The notes under the pieces: generated by a model
What the model was told of the DNA's origin: nothing
The model's database searches: none
What the model saw: only the letters and a program-made list of their open reading frames with translations
Assembly (NCBI GenBank): GCA_040377305.1
Contig: JBEIPA010000028.1
Coordinates: forward strand, 1 to 64,000
From: Flavobacteriales bacterium
GTDB taxonomy: Bacteria > Bacteroidota > Bacteroidia > Palsa-965
Direction: 5' to 3'
Length of the DNA: 64,000 bases
In this document: one piece after another, positions 60,301 through 64,000 of the stretch
Layout of the letters: each line of letters opens with the position of its first letter
Numbering within the stretch: position 1 is the stretch's first letter
Program-made: the position numbers and the translations under genes

Positions 60301-63300
60301 CGATATTGTTGGCACCTGGGGTGACATCTATCCAAGTGAAAATTTCGCGACGAATAGAAATACTTCCCCCAAAACTACAAATCTTGAATACAGTGCAGAA
60401 AGTGATGAGTATAAGCTTTATTTCAAACTCGAAGATACTTATGCGTCCGCCAGCCTACCCAATGAGGAAGACTTCTATGAAAAGTATCTCGACGGCGGTA
60501 GATTAGATACGGTATTTTTCAAAGCATACCTCGACATCAAAGGCTGGAATGGTAATTACTATGATTGGGTTACAGGGTATGCAAGAATTAGCACTGATCA
60601 GGCCGATTGCGGATTAGAATCCAGCAATGGCGGTAGTACTTACGATGTCGGCTATGTAACACTGCTTGGAGAGGATCTGGATCGCTATGCGGCCATCTTA
60701 CCTAAAGTTCATCCGTTCATTCGTGCCGGAATAGAACACCTGCACTACAATCGTCCTGATATTGCGAATACACCTGTTCCGCAGACGGCTGATCCATTTG
60801 ACCAGGTAACAAATTTTATTTCCAGCGTTCCGGGTATGGCCAATGATGTGGTAAGCATGCTTGCCGGATACAATAACTGGGCATACCTGAAAGGATCAAG
60901 TAAAAAAATGCGCCTGAATGGTTGGTCAACGATTCGTCTTCAGGATCCTGACAAAAAATATGGTGGTGGCGACCGAGTGAGCCAGCTGAGTCTCACTGAT
61001 AACTGGGCGAATGATGAAACCGCAACCAATACTTATGGTGAGTTCAGCTACGGGCAGAAGTATTCTTATTTACTCGAGGACGGTACATCAAGCGGGGTTG
61101 CGTATGAACCACAAATCGGCGGAGATGAAAGTGCGCTGAGAAGCCCTCGTCCATATGAACACTCCGTGCCGGTGAAAGGAACTGAACACCTGTATATCGA
61201 AAATCCTATCATGGAAAGTTATTATCCGGGAGCACAGGTAGGCTACAGTCGTGTTACTGTGCAAAGTATTGCTCCTGATCGTGCATTTAGTGAGAGTGCT
61301 GGTACCAACGAATTGAAGTTTACTGCGACTCCGCTTTCTATCTATGAATTTTACACACCGCGAGATTTTCCGGTGTTAGTGGATGAAACACCGATAACAG
61401 CCGATCCTTCTATTATTCGACCAATTATTATTCCAGGCATCTATACCAACTTCAAAAAATATGCGGCCCGATCTCAAGGATACTCCGTTGTTCTGAACGA
61501 CATGGCGGGCAAACTTAAATCTGTTGAAATCAGAACACGGCCTAGTGATACTAACCCAACCGGCAATTTATTGTCCCGCCAGCGCTTCGTCTATAATACC
61601 GAACAACCGTATTCAGAGGATGTTGTCAATAAGCTTTCTTCCATGGTGCAGGTGATGTCCTGCGATGGGGATCAGGTCCAATACCAAACTGCAGTTGTTG
61701 GTCAGTCGCATGATATTTTCGTCGACATGAACGAGAATCGCGAATGGATGACAACAGTGGGACTTGACGTTAATCTTGATTTGCAATTTACATCTACAGG
61801 TATTCCAACGTTCATTTTTATTATGCCGCTGGTTAACGTTGCTCGCAATGATGTGCGTCAGCGGACAGTTGTAGTTAACAAAATCATCCACCGCTCAGGA
61901 ATACTCAAAGAAGTAATCACCACTGATCACGAATCAACTGTGAAGAGTTCTTATATCGCTTTCGACCAGGAAACAGGAGAACCTTTACTCACGCAGATTG
62001 AAAATGAATTCAATGATACACTTTACAACATGACGTATCCTGGGCATTGGTACTATCCTGCAATGCGCGGTGCTTATCAGAACTTCGGAGTGGAATTCAG
62101 TGCTTCAACTGCCGGCGGATCATTCCCGATTCCGGTTGATCCTGACGGGCGAATTGTAGTAGACGCGAGCATTCCGGTTGGAAGAACTGTGAACGATTAC
62201 TTCATGGAAGGCGATCAGGTGTGGGTTGTACCTTTCGGTGATGACGGTGCAATTTATACGGTGATTAAGGTGGGCGATGATGCGGGCGATCAGTACATTG
62301 ATCTGATTGACCAGGCTGGAAATTTCATTGACGATGCACTCTCTGTAGAAAGTATCCGTGTCATCAAATCCGGTTACCAGAACCTTCAGGTACTTGCGGC
62401 CGGTGCGGTCACTGCAAAACACATGTTGGTGTGGAGCTATGATCCGAACAATTCTGATTATGAATACGACACACCTCAGAATTTTAATCTTGGAACGGAT
62501 AGTGCTATCATCAACGCAAGTGCAGTAGAGTATGCCGACATCTGGCAAACTCCTTGTAAAGATTGTGAAGGTGTAACGATGCCGAATGGTACAACGAATC
62601 CGTTCCGTTGGGGAGTACGCGGAAAATGGAGACCGTTACAATCGTATGCATTCGTAACGCAGCGTACACAGAACGATGACATCGCAGAAGATGGAGTATA
62701 TACTTTGTTCGAACAGTTTGACTGGCTGGATCCTTCTTCTTCGAATGCAGCGTGGACCGCAGCAACAACAGTAACGAAATATTCTCCAAACGGATTTGAA
62801 CTGGAGAATCGTGACGCACTCGGAAATTACTCAGCCGCACTGTTCGAGTTCGGTGAATCGGTGGTAACTGCCATTGCGTCCAATGCGCGACACAAAGAAA
62901 TTGCATTCGACAGCTTCGAAGATTACGATTTCATGGCAAGCTGCCAGTTGCAGTATGACCACTGGGGATTTGATCCTTCTGATATTGAACGCAGCGATGA
63001 TCAGTATCACACCGGAACGTTTAGTCTCAAGGTGAGCGAAGCTACCGGCACAGAAGTGATTACACGTACACTGATCAACAAGAACTGTGAAACGTATCGT
63101 GCGGTTGCAAAACGTGTGGGACCGTTGGTAGATGGAGATGCTTCTGTTGAGTATGAAATGGACACGTGCGACTGCGTGGGTAAATTCTCGCCAATCATAG
63201 GAAAACAATATGTGCTCAGTGCATGGGTGAAAGAAACCGGGAATGCAACACCTCCACTGAACTATACCAATGCGAAGATCAAAGTGGAAGTCCTGAATAG

Positions 63301-63670
63301 CCTTGCAGCTGTTATTGAAACAGAAACGTTCTCTCCTTCCGGCCCTATCATTGAAGGATGGCAGCGTGTATTCGGAACATTTGACGTGCCTGTTGGCGCT
63401 TACCAGGTACGCGTGACTTATATCAATAACACGTCAACCGGTGAAGATTGTTTTTACGACGACACGCGTATTCATCCGTTCGATGCTAACATGGTGACGT
63501 ATGTGTATGATCCGTTCTCTTTCCGAAGAGTAGCCGAGCTGGATGCGAACAATTTTGCAACGTTCTATGTCTACGACGAAGAAGGACAGTTAACTGCAAT
63601 CAAGAAAGAAACTTCAGGCGGAATCAAAACACTGCGTGAAGGAAAAACAGTTCTCAAACCAAGTTACTAG
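57329..63670 (+). CDS. 2113-aa TcB/SpvB-like, YD/RHS-shell-like secreted protein
   Basis: VDLYTGDFNYNIPL..VPG..GYPINIAYHSG....EASWVGLGWNI..GAINR.MRGLPDD; SWLLT; GGG.RV; GYS.VTV; C-terminal TYVYDP...D.NN....Y.YD..G.L. Confidence 0.85.
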   Translation: MTPLEIVRKKKIFRYISAFLAVNMLVEYVQPMKAFALTSGPGQEEFASFEPVSTSDMVDLYTGDFNYNIPLMSVPGPNGGYPINIAYHSGVGMDQEASWVGLGWNISVGAINRQMRGLPDDFNGDAVINKYSMRDNTTVGIGFDATYDYTEYLGVPTNTPFNPIGGPQVQFQLYYNTYRGVGYRIGYSGLSWPMSTGSVGAGLHFDSQGGIGVEPNFSLGWSAKHRNFGMGFSSGMSINSREGLSGFSFALSAHGRQSRPHWQNSNRKFLGYSATSNLSFGIDQNVPTATIPYTNSAYAFDIRGGEAGKFASLHNIMGAFESGMPYLWSGFLNVSGLSEQEVTSGAYGYLYDYNSTDAAIRDFNRDQFTYNKKIPNLPSSVVTHDIYMTSGQGIGGCFRPVHQSVKIFSPQQRENPTLVARLNIELGLDNYPGVGLDEYHIGLGASVGVGGNVSGSWDNIYSSDVRFADDFNLYEVSGDPGYELSPFKMFGEKTAMLIADEDHLAAWDNSNAVRVELEKETSEDTWLNAHFEATTTYSDGTAGYTPVSFVSDDLQLHSAQRERRATDIEYYTAAQCNDYGFTHYTGYDTAFDLGLEKYVLENIEKAYPDYGSTHHISEISILKPDGMRYTYGLSAYNREQSDNYFSYDASATGSTFNTPIIEAEIPNSDDMVDPSGTPDNFVSETQLPAYTHSWLLTSVVSADYLDLTGDGPSDDDYGYWVRFNYSKTSEDYTWRTPYYGATFIAGNASDVNDDKGSFSYGKKEVYFIQSIETKTHIATFSVSKREDALAANNKFEGGQPGTPTDAQRMFKLDHVDLYTKAEYFENIEDRVMRPAPTPIQSANFRYSYDLCPGALNNTGADMDVFGNTVSGGDPSNINSAGGKLTLDTLFFTYQTSERGKYSPYIFEYDNSNPDYDKKNMDRWGHYKDNDAYETGGYYPYVDFPYTEQDAAPDAGTWSLSRIELPTGATMEIEYESDDYQYVEGKKAQRMYDIVGTWGDIYPSENFATNRNTSPKTTNLEYSAESDEYKLYFKLEDTYASASLPNEEDFYEKYLDGGRLDTVFFKAYLDIKGWNGNYYDWVTGYARISTDQADCGLESSNGGSTYDVGYVTLLGEDLDRYAAILPKVHPFIRAGIEHLHYNRPDIANTPVPQTADPFDQVTNFISSVPGMANDVVSMLAGYNNWAYLKGSSKKMRLNGWSTIRLQDPDKKYGGGDRVSQLSLTDNWANDETATNTYGEFSYGQKYSYLLEDGTSSGVAYEPQIGGDESALRSPRPYEHSVPVKGTEHLYIENPIMESYYPGAQVGYSRVTVQSIAPDRAFSESAGTNELKFTATPLSIYEFYTPRDFPVLVDETPITADPSIIRPIIIPGIYTNFKKYAARSQGYSVVLNDMAGKLKSVEIRTRPSDTNPTGNLLSRQRFVYNTEQPYSEDVVNKLSSMVQVMSCDGDQVQYQTAVVGQSHDIFVDMNENREWMTTVGLDVNLDLQFTSTGIPTFIFIMPLVNVARNDVRQRTVVVNKIIHRSGILKEVITTDHESTVKSSYIAFDQETGEPLLTQIENEFNDTLYNMTYPGHWYYPAMRGAYQNFGVEFSASTAGGSFPIPVDPDGRIVVDASIPVGRTVNDYFMEGDQVWVVPFGDDGAIYTVIKVGDDAGDQYIDLIDQAGNFIDDALSVESIRVIKSGYQNLQVLAAGAVTAKHMLVWSYDPNNSDYEYDTPQNFNLGTDSAIINASAVEYADIWQTPCKDCEGVTMPNGTTNPFRWGVRGKWRPLQSYAFVTQRTQNDDIAEDGVYTLFEQFDWLDPSSSNAAWTAATTVTKYSPNGFELENRDALGNYSAALFEFGESVVTAIASNARHKEIAFDSFEDYDFMASCQLQYDHWGFDPSDIERSDDQYHTGTFSLKVSEATGTEVITRTLINKNCETYRAVAKRVGPLVDGDASVEYEMDTCDCVGKFSPIIGKQYVLSAWVKETGNATPPLNYTNAKIKVEVLNSLAAVIETETFSPSGPIIEGWQRVFGTFDVPVGAYQVRVTYINNTSTGEDCFYDDTRIHPFDANMVTYVYDPFSFRRVAELDANNFATFYVYDEEGQLTAIKKETSGGIKTLREGKTVLKPSY

Positions 63671-63677
63671 TTAGATT

Positions 63678-64000
63678 ATGAAAAAATTACTGCTGATGCT
63701 CACCCTGTGCGGTGCAGGTTTAATCCTGCACGCACAGACGCCCGGAGAATTGCTGAAGGAAACCACCCTGGCTTATCTCGAGGCAAAAAATCTTTCGATG
63801 GATGTAGTTGTACATACGTTCACTTCTGCATCCGATCCTGGAACTCTTCTTGGAAACGGAATGATCCGGAAATCAGAAGAGAATTACTATTCCAAATTCC
63901 TCACCGATGAACTGATCGTAAATGGCACCTGTACTGTGGTTCTTGATCACCAGGAAAAAACAGTGACCTGGTACGATGCTGAAAAAGAAAAGAAGAAGAA
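63678..64000 (+). CDS. LolA-like exported protein, partial
   Basis: Manual translation, open to the window end: MKKLLLMLTLCGAGLILHAQTPGELLKETTLAYLEAKNLSMDVVV...GMIRKSEENYYSKF..ELIVNG..TVVLDHQEKTVT. LolA-type helix-then-strand pattern. Confidence 0.65.
   Translation, partial: MKKLLLMLTLCGAGLILHAQTPGELLKETTLAYLEAKNLSMDVVVHTFTSASDPGTLLGNGMIRKSEENYYSKFLTDELIVNGTCTVVLDHQEKTVTWYDAEKEKKK

Noticed and set aside
46956-63208. Numerous antisense ORFs inside the HYR, repeat and YD genes
   Set aside because: They are shadow frames caused by biased Thr/Gly/Ser codon use, with no independent motifs.

Overview
Bacteroidota DNA, judged by the many T9SS C-terminal sorting domains and TAnnTTTG promoters. From about 940 to 38750 it reads as an integration hotspot at an initiator tRNA-Met (38673-38744, minus strand). 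A large serine recombinase ends inside the tRNA. Two gap-free 84-bp 'terminator + att' scars (943-1026, 16764-16847) appear to mark the far ends of two stacked islands. Island A (about 987-16600, no recombinase seen) carries a SLATT-like gene with two unannotated PKYxxPPPPP micropeptides, three T9SS cargo genes behind a ~870-nt highly structured leader facing an XRE regulator, and defence-like orphans. Island B (about 16808-38670) carries an HMA protein, a di-haem/Rieske/porin operon with a DtxR-type box, a czc/cadA efflux operon, nuclease-like and RES genes, a MerR-like regulator and the recombinase. A degenerate tRNA copy with a 14-bp palindrome and a broken GIY-YIG gene also belong to this locus. 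The right third holds T9SS cargo genes, a TPR-PP2C sensor, and the start of a large operon (repeat protein, Skp, lipoprotein, 2113-aa TcB/YD-shell-like protein, LolA-like protein) that may be an uncharacterised secretion or toxin-delivery system. All family calls come from reading motifs by eye; no searches were run.
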